Position numbers and translations under genes: made by a program
Assembly (NCBI GenBank): GCA_965603825.1
Contig: CBFDEM010000033.1
Location: 62,001-126,000 of the forward strand
Length of the DNA: 64,000 bases
Origin: Blepharisma stoltei ATCC 30299
Taxonomy: Eukaryota; Protista; Ciliophora
Direction of reading: 5' to 3'
In this document: positions 23,797-34,987 of the stretch, one piece after another
Position numbering within the stretch: the stretch's first letter is position 1
How the letters are laid out: the number at the start of each line of letters is the position of its first letter
The notes under the pieces: model-generated
Database searches by the model: none
What the model was told of the DNA's origin: nothing
What the model saw: the letters and a program-made list of their open reading frames with translations, nothing else

Positions 23797-24247
23797 TAAT
23801 ATTATTATGAAGATTTTATTAAATGGCGACTAAATTTATAGGAAAGTAAATATTGTTGTAATTTTAGTTATAATTAAGGGGATTTGATTTAACAATAAAT
23901 CTTATCCTTAAAATTATACAAATTGCCTAACTCTTAGTTTTGTTTTAAAAAGGACTGATTTTAATATTAATTTAAATGATTTTTAAGTAGACACCTAGGC
24001 TACATAAGAGTAATCTTAGTTTCCAATAAAAGCGTTCTAATTATACCAAAAATTAAAATTTTCAAATAAATTTTCCTGTCAGGCAGAATAATTTTTTTGA
24101 GATTATAATAACTATTAAATCTTATGATCTTTTATATTTTCCCGAATTTTCATTTCTTTGTAAAATTTTTTAATAACTGCTTTCAAAACACTAAAAATGT
24201 CAAAATTTACTGTCATATTAAATCGGTCATAAAAATTTCGCCTTAAA

Positions 24248-24844
24248 ATGATCGTGCATTTCCTCTTACCCCTCTTATTTTCCTTGGTTCTCTCTCAGAC
24301 TACAAAAATCCTCACCTTAGAAAATTCCATATTCACCTTTTCTCGAGAACTCATCGGAATCGGCTTTATTAAGCAGCTCCACACACAAATAATAATGAAA
24401 AACCCTACTGAAAAAGCCTCAATTACCTTAACTGAGTTTATCCCTTATAAATGGTGGATTGATAAAGAAGATATCCCAAAGTCCTTGAATCCAGAATTTA
24501 ATTCTTTAATAGACACTGAAAGCCCATCATCTGACTCAACAAACCATACATTTACAATTAACATTGAATTTTATGGGAAATATGAATTTTCATACCCAAT
24601 CCATATGAGATATGATGACCCTAGCTATGATGTTCTTTATAAAACGATCAGTCTTCCAGGTCCTCAAATACAATATAACCAAGGCCAAGTTTTTACAGTA
24701 AATGGCGAATTCCAGGCACAAGTCCCAGTAGGCCAAATCAAGCACATCCCAATTGTGGTTATGGGGACTATCCTATTCGAGCTTATAGTCGTCTGCGCTA
24801 TAATTTTCGCTGCCAACAAATTTACCCATCATATATCTAAATAA
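24248..24844 (+). CDS. PIG-X/PBN1-like GPI mannosyltransferase I subunit
   Basis: Signal peptide, G.GF, IDTE.P, PIHMRY..P, VPVG and a C-terminal TM helix. Confidence 0.75.
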   Translation: MIVHFLLPLLFSLVLSQTTKILTLENSIFTFSRELIGIGFIKQLHTQIIMKNPTEKASITLTEFIPYKWWIDKEDIPKSLNPEFNSLIDTESPSSDSTNHTFTINIEFYGKYEFSYPIHMRYDDPSYDVLYKTISLPGPQIQYNQGQVFTVNGEFQAQVPVGQIKHIPIVVMGTILFELIVVCAIIFAANKFTHHISK

Positions 24845-24861
24845 TCTCTATAAGAATTAAG

Positions 24862-25746
24862 TTAAAGCATAAATGGTAAATCGGCATTCTTTACCCCTTC
24901 TCCAATATAAACTCCTCCAAATACGTCAGAATTAGCCTTATGGAAGGCGAAATATCCAGGCCATAAGAAGCTTCTTAAAGTCGCAAGGTTCCCAGAGTGG
25001 TCCACTTGTAAGCTCCAAGTGCCTTTAGGCAGGTCTTTTTCAACAGGGTCTAGGAAATCATAAGTAAAAAGTGCATCGTCTCTATCGAGCTGCTCTCTTT
25101 TTTCTGGTAGCTGCACATTTCTGAAGTGAAAATACTTTTTAATGTCTCTGATGTCTTGTCTTGATAAGCCTTCGAAAGCTTTATTTCTAATTAGCTCGTG
25201 GCTTGGGGTCATTCTGAAAGAGCCTTCAGGGACGACAGAGCAGTCTTGTTCTATAGCTCTGACGACATAGGCAAGTCTGTCAAGCTCAGTGAAATTTTTC
25301 GCTGGGATTTTTTCTTCTTCAGTTGATGCTAAAGAATCTTTTTCATGCTCTTCTCCTTGCTCTTCTGCTCCTTCTTGCTGCTCTGGCTCAGGAGCTGGGA
25401 CTAGAATTTTATCATGCTCTCCACTGAAAAACGTATTGAATTTTTCAACGTGTTCTTTATCATTAGGATTAATAGCACTCAGCTCAGCAAATGTCCAATT
25501 CTGAGATGTGCACCAGAAAAATCGTTTGTTGGGAAATTCGTAGTGGCCTTTGTAGTTGAGCGCCATCGCTATGTAATAATCCTTCGTAACTCCCTTGATT
25601 TTTCCCCAGAATAAAACTTCTTCGAAGTCTTCTTGTTCGAAGATTTTGTAAAAGGAAAGTTGTAGATTCATGCGCTCTTCAAGATTGAGCGTGACACCTG
25701 TTGGCCAGAGATTTGATAGGTCTTGAGGAAACTTCTCTGAGAGCAT
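24862..25746 (-). CDS. RSPH9: Radial spoke head protein 9
   Basis: FWGKI.G...DYYIA, TELDRLAYVV..I...C.VVP.G, D.PKG.WS, LRS.LWPGY and YIG.G.KN.DLPFML. Confidence 0.93.
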   Translation of the reverse strand: MLSEKFPQDLSNLWPTGVTLNLEERMNLQLSFYKIFEQEDFEEVLFWGKIKGVTKDYYIAMALNYKGHYEFPNKRFFWCTSQNWTFAELSAINPNDKEHVEKFNTFFSGEHDKILVPAPEPEQQEGAEEQGEEHEKDSLASTEEEKIPAKNFTELDRLAYVVRAIEQDCSVVPEGSFRMTPSHELIRNKAFEGLSRQDIRDIKKYFHFRNVQLPEKREQLDRDDALFTYDFLDPVEKDLPKGTWSLQVDHSGNLATLRSFLWPGYFAFHKANSDVFGGVYIGEGVKNADLPFML

Positions 25747-26497
25747 TCTAAATTAATATGGAAAAATGGCATTTGAAAAATTTATTCTTTATGGGTAAAT
25801 TTTCAAAGAGAAGATTTGATCAAAATTAAATTAATAACGATTAAAAATTAACAGATAAATAAATTTAGAAATAAATAATTACGAAATTTATAATTATGCA
25901 CTTTTAAAATTGCTTCTGCTTAAGTCCTACATATACAAATATTTTTCATCATGCAGCATCGCTTTAAATATTTTTATGGAATTTTTCTTTTATTTTTATG
26001 TAAATTTATATCTTTTGTTCATATAAAAATTATTTACAAATGCTCGAATATTCGTATCTGCATTATAATTAGTTAATATTTTAAACTGAAAATAAATCAA
26101 TAAGCTTTCTTTTATTAATTGAGAAATATAAAAATTAATCTTTTAATGAACAGAAACATAATTGGAAATTTTCTGAATTATAAAATATGGTAAAAATAGC
26201 AAAGAAAAACTATATCAATTAATAAAATTTAGCATAAGTGCAACATTTCTAGGCCAAATTCATATATCTATTTCTTTATTTTAACTTAATTCTATTTTTC
26301 CAATCTTTTATTTTAATTATATATCTTCTAGTTATCCAAAAAAACTCAATATAATTAATCAGAAATTGCACATATCCTACAGATTTAAAATGTCGTCCCA
26401 TTCTGCTCAGTCCACAAATTTCTTTCTCATTTTAACAATTTTGGATCATCCAAATTAAAATATGGATTGAATATTAGACATAAATAACTAAAAAATA

Positions 26498-27217
26498 ATG
26501 ATGATCAGACGATTCTTTTCCTTCAAACTTCCAAAGCTACCGTTTGGGACAAGAGAATTAGCCCCAGTTTATGATGACAACACAATCTCATACCATTGGG
26601 GAAAACACCACCAGACCTATGTTGACAATTTAAATAGTGTCTTGCTTCATCCCTCCCCATCCCATGTCGGTGAAAGTATCCTTGGAAAACTAAACGAAGC
26701 CCTCGGTAAAGCTTCTCCTTCAATGCTGAAAGAAAAGCTCCAAAAACCAATGGAGCAAGCTGCAAGTGCCCCCGGGTCTCAGCCGCACCCACCTATTGAT
26801 GAAAAAGCTTCACATAAAGCAGATGACGCAATGAAGCAAGCCAAAGAAAAAATGCAGGATACAGTCAAAGACACTGAAGGACTCAAAGATAAAGTGCTTC
26901 ACAAGATAGATGAAGCCATGGGAGACTATTCACCTAATTTTCTTAAAGAACAAGTAAAACACTCTCAAGAAGAATCTCATAAATCTGAGTCTGATTTACC
27001 TTTATTAGAAATTATCCAAAATAGAGCTCAACAATCAATTCCATTTTTCACCCTTGATTTGTGGGAACATGCTTATTATTTGCAATACCAGAACAGAAGA
27101 CTGGAATATGTCCAAAAAATGTGGAGCATTGTGAATTGGAAAAGAATAGAAGAAATGTATGAACAATACGCGATAAATGAAAAACCGGTCCCTGTAGACC
27201 AACTTTTGGAAGCATAA
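26498..27217 (+). CDS. Atypical Fe/Mn superoxide dismutase-like protein, probably mitochondrial, lacking the central segment
   Basis: FKLPKLPF...LAP and [14 protein letters not shown] at the N-terminus; [17 protein letters not shown]....W..VNW at the C-terminus. No NH..FW or FGSGW region. Confidence 0.7.
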   Translation: MMIRRFFSFKLPKLPFGTRELAPVYDDNTISYHWGKHHQTYVDNLNSVLLHPSPSHVGESILGKLNEALGKASPSMLKEKLQKPMEQAASAPGSQPHPPIDEKASHKADDAMKQAKEKMQDTVKDTEGLKDKVLHKIDEAMGDYSPNFLKEQVKHSQEESHKSESDLPLLEIIQNRAQQSIPFFTLDLWEHAYYLQYQNRRLEYVQKMWSIVNWKRIEEMYEQYAINEKPVPVDQLLEA

Positions 27218-27255
27218 TTAAATATTTAATTAAAAAAGTAGATGATAAGAAATTT

Positions 27256-28842
27256 TTACTGTTTATTTTCTGATGTATCTTTGACTGAATTTTTTGGGAT
27301 TTCTGCTTCTTGCTTTGGAGCATTTTCGACTGTAGGGATTTCAACTTTAGGAGCATTTTCAACAGTAGGGATATCAGGTTTAGGCTTTTCTACTGTAGGG
27401 ATATCAGATTTAGGCTTTTCTACAGTAGGGATGTCAGGTTTAGGTGCAGCTGGAGCCTCACCATCTATAGGAATTTCTGCTTTGGGCTCTTCTCCGGCTG
27501 AGCTTTGTACTTCTGCAGCTTTTGTCACAACTGGCTCAGCTGGGACATCTTCTAGTCTCTTGAGAGTTGTCTCAATCCTATCATGATCTTCTACAAATAG
27601 CTGCTCATCTAATGCTTCTTCTAGCTTATCTTTAATAACTTTTCTTTCCTCATCAGTGATCTGTGAAATATTTGCAGCTTCTGTCTGCTCTAGTATTTTT
27701 GCTACAGTCTTTTTATCATAATGCAAAATTCTGTCCATAGACTCTTCAAAAATCATTTGTATTGCTTTTTCTACAACTTCTGCAGGCTCTTCGGCATGCT
27801 CTTCTATTTCTATTGTATCTTCAAAGTATTTGAAAATTTGGCTAAAAACCAAAATTTCATTTTTAACAGGACCTTTGGTTAGTGGATGTGTGGAATAATA
27901 AATCCATTCTTTAAGCTGTTTTCGCATTTTGGGCTCTGTGGTGTGCAGTGTGTCGATTCCTCGTTCACGGCAGCAGATTAGTAAAAGTTCTGGCTTCATT
28001 GTATCGATGTCTTCTGCTAAAAGGAGGATGTCTTCTTCCCTTAGGTTTCTTACTAAGCTGCGGAGCTGGTACATAACAATATTTCGCTGGATTTGTCTAA
28101 ATGGAAAAATCTTAGGGTCATAAATTCTTGGAATATTTATCCCTGCGTAGCCTAGAAGCTTTGATGTTGGGGCAAGCAAAATCTTACTGACCGTATTAAA
28201 ACCGGTTCAAGGCTCCATCCCTAGGAATCTACAAGTCGCCTTGAGCAGGTCTGTGTCCATATTCCCAAAGTTCAGAGTTTTGTTGAAAATTTCATAACTT
28301 TTGGTCAAATCATCTATTTTGATCCCTTGAGGTTTAGTTCTTAGTTTTTCAAGAAAATTGGCATATTGTGGATTTTGAAGTGCTTTCATCCTTTCTAACA
28401 TATAGATATGCAGCTTGTTAGCATGCGTACTTCTTGCTTCAATCATTGTTTTTCAAACTTCATCTCTTTTGGTTTTTCCTAGGAATGCTGATGGTATCAT
28501 ATTCGGAAAGATGTAAAGGAAAAACGGAAGAGTGAACTCAGCGAATGGTATCACAATGAAAAAGCTGAAAGGTATCATTTTCAGTAGGTCAGAAGTCGTC
28601 GCAGACATGTTTTTCATTTCCTCAAAGGTGCAGTTGTCTTCATAAAAAGTAGTGCGGTATTTGGTTTTTACCATGAACTTTCCGTCATGATAAAGAAGTT
28701 TGCAACCGTGCCAGACTTTTTTGCACTCTTTTTTAATTATCTCCCAGTACCTAGAAACTCTGCTTGGGCCTTCAGAGAAATGCCGCACGCTTCTCGTGTG
28801 TCTTGAAGCATATAGAAGACCTTTAGATTGAAGTCTAAACAT
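27256..28842 (-). CDS. LETM1/Mdm38 mitochondrial inner-membrane protein, 528 aa
   Basis: W.G.KLL, DLLKMIPFSFFIVIPFAEFTLP....FPNMIPS.F, ED.LL and C.ERG. Three ORFs joined in frame by TGA (28453-28455, 28207-28209). Confidence 0.9.
27311..27480 (-). repeat. Coding 30-bp tandem repeat (PKxxIPTVEx, about 5 degenerate copies)
   Basis: PKPDIPTVEK, PKSDIPTVEK, PKPDIPTVEN and PKVEIPTVEN in the LETM1 tail. Confidence 0.85.
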
Positions 28843-29151
28843 AATAAATATGTTGGCTTTATCAGCAAATATTAGGGGTTAATTAAATGATTCAAAAATA
28901 CTGATAAACTTGAGAAGTTTGCTTAGTATTTTACTGATGGTTGGGAGTGGGGTATAAGTGTGAATAAGGTTTTTTGTATAAAAAAGAAGGAATTTACAAA
29001 AAATTCAGCCCAATTATATTTCTTATATCAGTAAAATTTAAATTATTAAGCTTAGTTTTAAGATTAATAAATCATTATTATGTAGTAAACACCATAAATA
29101 TTATGAATAGACAGAAAATAATGCTAATTACTTCTGCAGTTTCATATTAAT

Positions 29152-30828
29152 ATGCTGATTTCTAAAAACTCAAGGACATCAATCCACATAGCCCAAGTCG
29201 AACTATTTATAACCTGCCGAGACCTAGAAGATCTTCACACCTTTGGAAAATCTCATCCTTTAGCAGAGCTCTTTATAAAACATTCATCAGATGGCGAATG
29301 GATAAAGCATGGCCAAACAGAAATGATTGATGACACTCAAAATCCAGAATTTTTGACGAGTTTTGTATTAAGTTTTTCATTTGAAGAACAGACTTATATA
29401 AAAATCAAGATAAATGACATTCATCATTCAAGGCATGGACACCCTGAAATTCATGATGATGATCTTATAGGGATTTTTGAATGCAATTTAGGACAGCTTG
29501 TGGCTTCGCCAGGAAAACAGGTCATGAAGGACCTTGTAAGAGACCATCACAATCATCATAGGCATGATAATTTAGGAGCAATAATATTAAGAGTAGAAGA
29601 AATCAAAGAAAATAACGATCACGTTACAATTCAATTCGCATGTGAAAAACTAGATGACGTTTCTAGCACTTTTGGCCATCTGACTCCACTTTTTTATTTA
29701 GGAAAGCATATGAGCAACGGAGCAGTCCAGAAATTCTATAAGAGTGAAGTAAGAAATAGAAACGGGGAATGAAAACCGGTGGAAAAAACAATTCATGAAT
29801 ATTGTAACGGTGATTTGCATAGAGAGCTTTTATTAGAAGTTTATGATTATCATCGTAGTGGGAATCATAAATTTATTGGATCTGCTACATTTGCATTATA
29901 TAATATTTTGCATAGGCAAACCCAAGAACTTATATTATTAAACCCTCATGGCAATTCTCACAAGAGCCATGGGAAAATTATTATTGAAAAATTTCAAAGG
30001 ATAAAAATTCCAAGTTTTCTTGAATATATAGCAGGTGGCTTAAAAATTTCATTAAATATTGCAATAGATTTTACAAGCTCAAATGGGGACCCTAGAAACC
30101 CAAATTCTTTACATTACAGCGACCCATATGGCTACAACCATTATGAATCTGCTTTATTTGGAATTTCCGAAATTTTATTAAATTATGACTCAGATCAACT
30201 AATTCCAATATACGGTTTTGGAGGCGAAATTGATGGAGAAGTAAACCACTGTTTCCCCCTAACTTTTGATGCCGGAAATCCTAGCGTTCAAGGCTTAGAT
30301 GGTATTATGAACGCCTACAAAAATGCATTATCCCAAATAGTTCTTAGTGGCCCTACACTTTTTGGACCAATAGTCAGTGAAATTGTGATGGAGGCTGAAA
30401 GAATTTACGAAACTCAGACTTGCCAAAGATATGATGTTTTGCTTATTTTAACTGATGGAGACCCTTATGATATGCAAGAAACGATTGATTGGATTGTCAG
30501 AGGGTCGTTTTGTCCTTTGTCCATTATTATTGTTGGGATTGGTAGCGAATATTTTGAAAATGTAGCAATTTTAGGGACTGATGATAAAGAGCCACTGATA
30601 GATAGTGATGGGAGACAGGAGGAAAGGGATATTGTGAAATTTATTCATTATAGAGAAGTTGACCATTCTCCTGCTGCTTTATGCCAAGAAATTCTTAGCA
30701 AATTGCCTGGTGAGGTTGTAAAATACTTTAGTAAAAGAGGCATTTTACCTAATCGTCCTGAAATTGTTTCTCCAGCCTCTAGCAGTCATCATTTAAAAAA
30801 CCACCACTTATATAAAGTCGACAAATAA
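29152..30828 (+). CDS. Copine (C2A-C2B-vWA), 558 aa
   Basis: GQTE.I....NPEF, CNGD..R, AIDFTSSNG.P..P.SLHY, YDSD....YGFG, LSGPT.F and LILTDG. TGA at 29770-29772 read as Trp. Confidence 0.93.
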
Positions 30829-31050
30829 GGCATTAATTATTAAGCATTTAATAATTTATATGTCTATTAATTATAAAAAAAGGGATTTTAATGGTAGGCT
30901 AAGCGTTAAATCTCTCTTTTTCAGTTTCTTTGACGCTATTTTTCAATATTTCGTCCTTATTCATCTCAATCTTTTAATATAAGTTTCACTGCTAAATATC
31001 ATTTATAAAAAACCTTAGTGACGATTACAATTACTAAAATTTGTATATAA

Positions 31051-32664
31051 ATGGAGAGTAATCAGCCCGACCAAGGCGAAGAGATGGAAATGGTTATGGA
31101 CATGGTCGGATTCGGTGGTCCAGAAGAGGAAGCTCCAGTTATGTCCTTTAACATGTTAGATCCTGGAGGCGGAGAAGAAGAAGTCCCAGTCCGAAAATCC
31201 CCATATCAATTCGATCTATTTGTGATCGGTGGTGGATCAGGAGGCTTATCATGTGCCAAGGAAGCTGCCACATTAGGCGCAAAAGTAGCACTGGCTGACT
31301 TTGTGCCACCTACACCAATCGGCACTACTTGGGGACTAGGAGGGACATGCGTGAATGTTGGTTGTATCCCAAAAAAGCTTATGCATTTTGCCGGAATCTT
31401 TGGAGACTACCAAGGCGACCAAAGAGAATGCGGATGGGAACTGCCAACAAATGTTCCTCATAACTGGGAAAGAATGGTAGCTAATGTACAAAAACACATA
31501 CAAGTACTCAATTGGGGATACCGAGTCCAATTAATTGATAAAGAAATTACTTATTTCAATCATTATGCAAGCTTTGTAGATAGTCACACAGTAGCACTGC
31601 ATGATAAAACAGGGAAATTCGTGAAAAACGTCACAAGTGAAAATTTTGTTGTAGCGGTAGGATTGCGACCTTCTTATGGAGGGTACCCTGGTGCAGAAGA
31701 ATGCTGCTTTACAAGCGATGATTTGTTTTCAATGAAGAGTGTGCGTGATAACATTCTTTGTATCGGAGCATCCTATATCAGCTTAGAGTGCGCCGGATTT
31801 TTGCATTCGTTAGGAAAACATGTCACTATTATGGTCAGGTCTATTTTGCTTAGAGGGTTTGACCAAGAGGTCGCTGAAAAAATAGGCAGCTTCATGGAAG
31901 GCTTAGGCATGGTCTTCATAAAAGGTGCAGTCCCTATCCAATTTTCCAAGACTGAAGATGGGAAAGTAAGGGTAGAATACGAACAAAATGGAGAACAAAA
32001 AGTCGAAATTTATGGAGCAGTCTTTTTAGCAATTGGCCGTATCGCACTTACAAAGGGAATTAAGCCCGAAAATGCAGGAATAGTTATAAACCCCAGAAAT
32101 AACAAAATCATTGTAGATGAAGCAGATAGGTCAAGTGTACCTAATATTTTTTCTATAGGTGACGTATCAGATGGAAGACCTGAGCTTACCCCGTCTGCAA
32201 TTCAAGCAGGAAGCTATTTAGCCAAAAGGCTTTTTGGAGGTTCTACACATATAATGGACTATGTAAACGTCCCTACAACAGTTTTCACACCAATTGAGTA
32301 TGGCTGCTGTGGACTTAGTGAAGAGAAAGCTATCGAAATTTATGGAGACGAAAACGTAGAAGTATACCATTCAATGTTCAAGCCCCTGGAGTGGAATTAT
32401 TTAGAGTCAAGAGAAGGGAAATATTGCTACGGCAAAATAGTGACAAACAAGCTTGAAAATGAAAAAGTTATAGGACTACACTATTTAGGACCTAACGCAG
32501 GAGAAGTTTTACAAGGCTTCGCAGCTGCTATGAAATGTGGACTTACAAAAGAAATCCTTGACCAAACAGTTGGCATTCATCCAACCTGTGCAGAAGAACT
32601 GACAAAAATAGACGTCACCAAGCGGTCAGGAAGAACTGCCGCAAAGACCGGATGCTGAGGCTAG
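31051..32664 (+). CDS. TXNRD: High-Mr selenoprotein thioredoxin reductase, C-terminus Gly-Cys-Sec-Gly
   Basis: GGGSGG, GGTCVNVGCIPKK, GASYISLEC and GIHPT.AE. Ends GGA TGC TGA GGC TAG (32650-32664), with a SECIS immediately downstream. Confidence 0.95.
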
Positions 32665-32682
32665 ATCAAAAGATTGATCACA

Positions 32683-32740
32683 AAAAAGCATGTGACGACA
32701 TTTTTCAAACCTCATAGAGGAATTAATGTCTGAGCTTTTT
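32683..32740 (+). promoter_or_regulatory. Eukaryotic SECIS element, type II
   Basis: Helix I AAAAAG/CTTTTT. Core GTGA (32692-32695) facing TGAG (32731-32734). Helix II GACATT/AATGTC. Unpaired AAA at 32707-32709. Apical mini-stem CCTC-ATA-GAGG. Confidence 0.88.
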
Positions 32741-32764
32741 ATAATAATAAATCAATTTTAATAA

Positions 32765-33481
32765 ATGTCGAAAACTAAGTTATATTCACAGCTTAATGGG
32801 TATGCAAGTATCATGCAGACTTTAAAAGAACTGGAAACTGATGGGCACTATGACGCAATTTTCAGCTGCTTGTCTAAAGTATATGAAAATAAGCCAAGTA
32901 GCCAGAAAGAAAGCTTTAAAGAAAACTTAAAGGTGATCATTGAAAACATGATTAACGTCATCTGGAGCCAGTCCATAGAGCTGACGACCGCAAACAGCTT
33001 GAACTCACCTTTTACATCTCCTTATAACTCCTACGAAAAGCTAGAACAGCCAAAACTAGCAACCATTGACCTGAATAATTCCCCGACAGCTGAAAAGAAA
33101 CCTATAAAAATTTCCTCTTATAAGCCAATGAGTTCAGGTGAATATGATCTAGGCAAATACAGGCTCTCATACGCGAATTTAAAAAAAAAGAAAAACGAAA
33201 GCAGCATTTTCAGCTCACTGAAAGGGGAAGATTTAGCCTTGCTTTCAGATTTTTCTTATCCATCAGGCGCAGCCACATTTAATAGAGAAAGAAGAAGGCT
33301 AAATGAGATTAGAGAAATCAGCCCTGGCCCTGGGTCTTATGAAACTGACCCAGAATATTTAAGAAAAAAATCCCCTAAAGCTGTTATCCCCCACGGTGGC
33401 AAAAGAATTGATTTTGCTAAAGCAGACACCCCTGGGCCTCTTGACTATTACCCTCTAAGACACTATTTATCCAAATATTAG
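32765..33481 (+). CDS. Protein with PGPG.Y (SHIPPO/ODF3-like) motifs
   Basis: ISPGPGSY and TPGPLDY motifs, typical of microtubule-associated ciliary proteins. Confidence 0.65.
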   Translation: MSKTKLYSQLNGYASIMQTLKELETDGHYDAIFSCLSKVYENKPSSQKESFKENLKVIIENMINVIWSQSIELTTANSLNSPFTSPYNSYEKLEQPKLATIDLNNSPTAEKKPIKISSYKPMSSGEYDLGKYRLSYANLKKKKNESSIFSSLKGEDLALLSDFSYPSGAATFNRERRRLNEIREISPGPGSYETDPEYLRKKSPKAVIPHGGKRIDFAKADTPGPLDYYPLRHYLSKY

Positions 33482-33498
33482 CATAATTAATTTCTATA

Positions 33499-34968
33499 AT
33501 GAAAATTCTAATTGTTAATGGATTCGGTACAAGTGTCCGTTCTTTTGGGTATTTCAGTGAGTTTGAAACCACCATAAAAGACGTAAAAAATATATAGGGG
33601 TTTATATTGTGCAGTGAAAATTATTCCTCTCTGAAATTCATAACCAAAGACAAGCGTGATTTATGTGACTTTATTTACCATCCTGAGCTAGGTTTTGATA
33701 ATCATCAAGCAATTTCAAATTTTGACTCTTTATCGCTTATTTTTATAGGGATTGAAGCTGATATTAGGCCATGAGAAGCCAAATGTAAACAAGTTTTAGC
33801 ACTTTTAAGCCTTATAAGGAAAACCAATAAACCATGTTTTTTAGAAGGAATGGGCGCTGCTTGTTTTGCCTATACTCTAGCGACAGAGCCTATATGACAA
33901 AATGATAGAGAAAGCACTATAATAAACAGATCAGGCAGCCCGCTAAAGTATATAGAAGAAGTCAACGTTGACAGCTTTTCAGCTTATAAAAATAAACAAT
34001 GGGTGCTTGATAATATCACAGGAGATATCTATGAAGCTTGCCTTGTAAATGATAATCAGGGAGAAAAAAAGCTGAGAAGCATTGTAAATTCTGGGATGAA
34101 ATTAAATAAAAAACTCCACAAAATGGTTAACGCTAGAAACTTGACACTAAATAATTTATATGATGAAAACCCAGACTCTGAAAAAATTTTGAAGTGTAAA
34201 ATAACTTATGAAGGAAAATTGCATTGGCTTGCTAAAAGATTAAGCGTAGGGTATATATAGAGATATGAGTTTTCTGTTTTATATAAAAATAATTGGGATT
34301 TATATGAAGATCTGCAAATTGGGCAAGAAAATAAGCTTGAAATTATTGGGAAAGCAGGGAAAATCCCACTAATTGTGGCCAAGAAAAATGTTTCTGGGGT
34401 GCTATTTTATGTATTAAAAGACTACCCAGAGACTGTGCAGATTTTGTTTTCGTTTATAGAGAAATTTGTAAAAAAAGAAAGCCAGTTTTTGCAGGTACAA
34501 AATGTGCTGTTTCAAAAGCCGGCATTGATGAACCCGAAGTTTTTCCTTGGGCATAATCCAATAAAACTAAATAAAAACCAGTACTTAGACTCAAGAGCCC
34601 GGCCAGTTTTTCCTAAGCAAATCCCATTTTTAGAGAAGTCACATAATATTTTAAGAATTTTAAGAGATAGAATTAATTTTTATACTGAAGACCCCATAAA
34701 AGATAGAAACGACAAAACACTAGAAACAGAAACCGAAAAAGAAAAGAAAAAAATAAAAATCATAGCAAAACGATACAATTCAGTCTCAAGGCTAGAGTCC
34801 AGGAATTTCAGGCCCAGCACGCACTCGCTAACTAAAGATGGAAAATCAGAAAAATGGGTGCAATTTGTAAAAATCCCTAAAAATCGGTCATTTACGATTG
34901 AAAAAGTGCAGTCTCCTCCTAAGCACTCATATCATATAAAGCTCAATGCAACATTTTCGCATTCTTAA
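33499..34968 (+). CDS. Hypothetical protein, about 479 aa with two 15-nt introns; possible degenerate class I glutamine amidotransferase-like fold
   Basis: ATG 33499 (MKILIVNGF). The frame stays open after removing introns 33583-33597 and 34246-34260 and reading TGA as Trp. The fold call is tentative. Confidence 0.65.
33583..33597 (+). other. 15-nt spliceosomal intron
   Basis: GTAAAAAATATATAG. Removal deletes an in-frame TAG and keeps the frame. Confidence 0.8.
34246..34260 (+). other. 15-nt spliceosomal intron
   Basis: GTAGGGTATATATAG. Removal deletes an in-frame TAG. Confidence 0.8.
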
Positions 34969-34987
34969 TTTGTGTAATTATGTCATT

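Noticed and set aside
15162-27480. CRISPR-like arrays or prokaryotic operons
   Set aside because: The repeats are a simple duplication and a coding minisatellite without spacers, and the gene content is eukaryotic.
32656-32658. TGA as the TrxR stop or as an ordinary Trp
   Set aside because: TGA is not a stop elsewhere in the window, and the GC-x-G-TAG context plus SECIS favours Sec.
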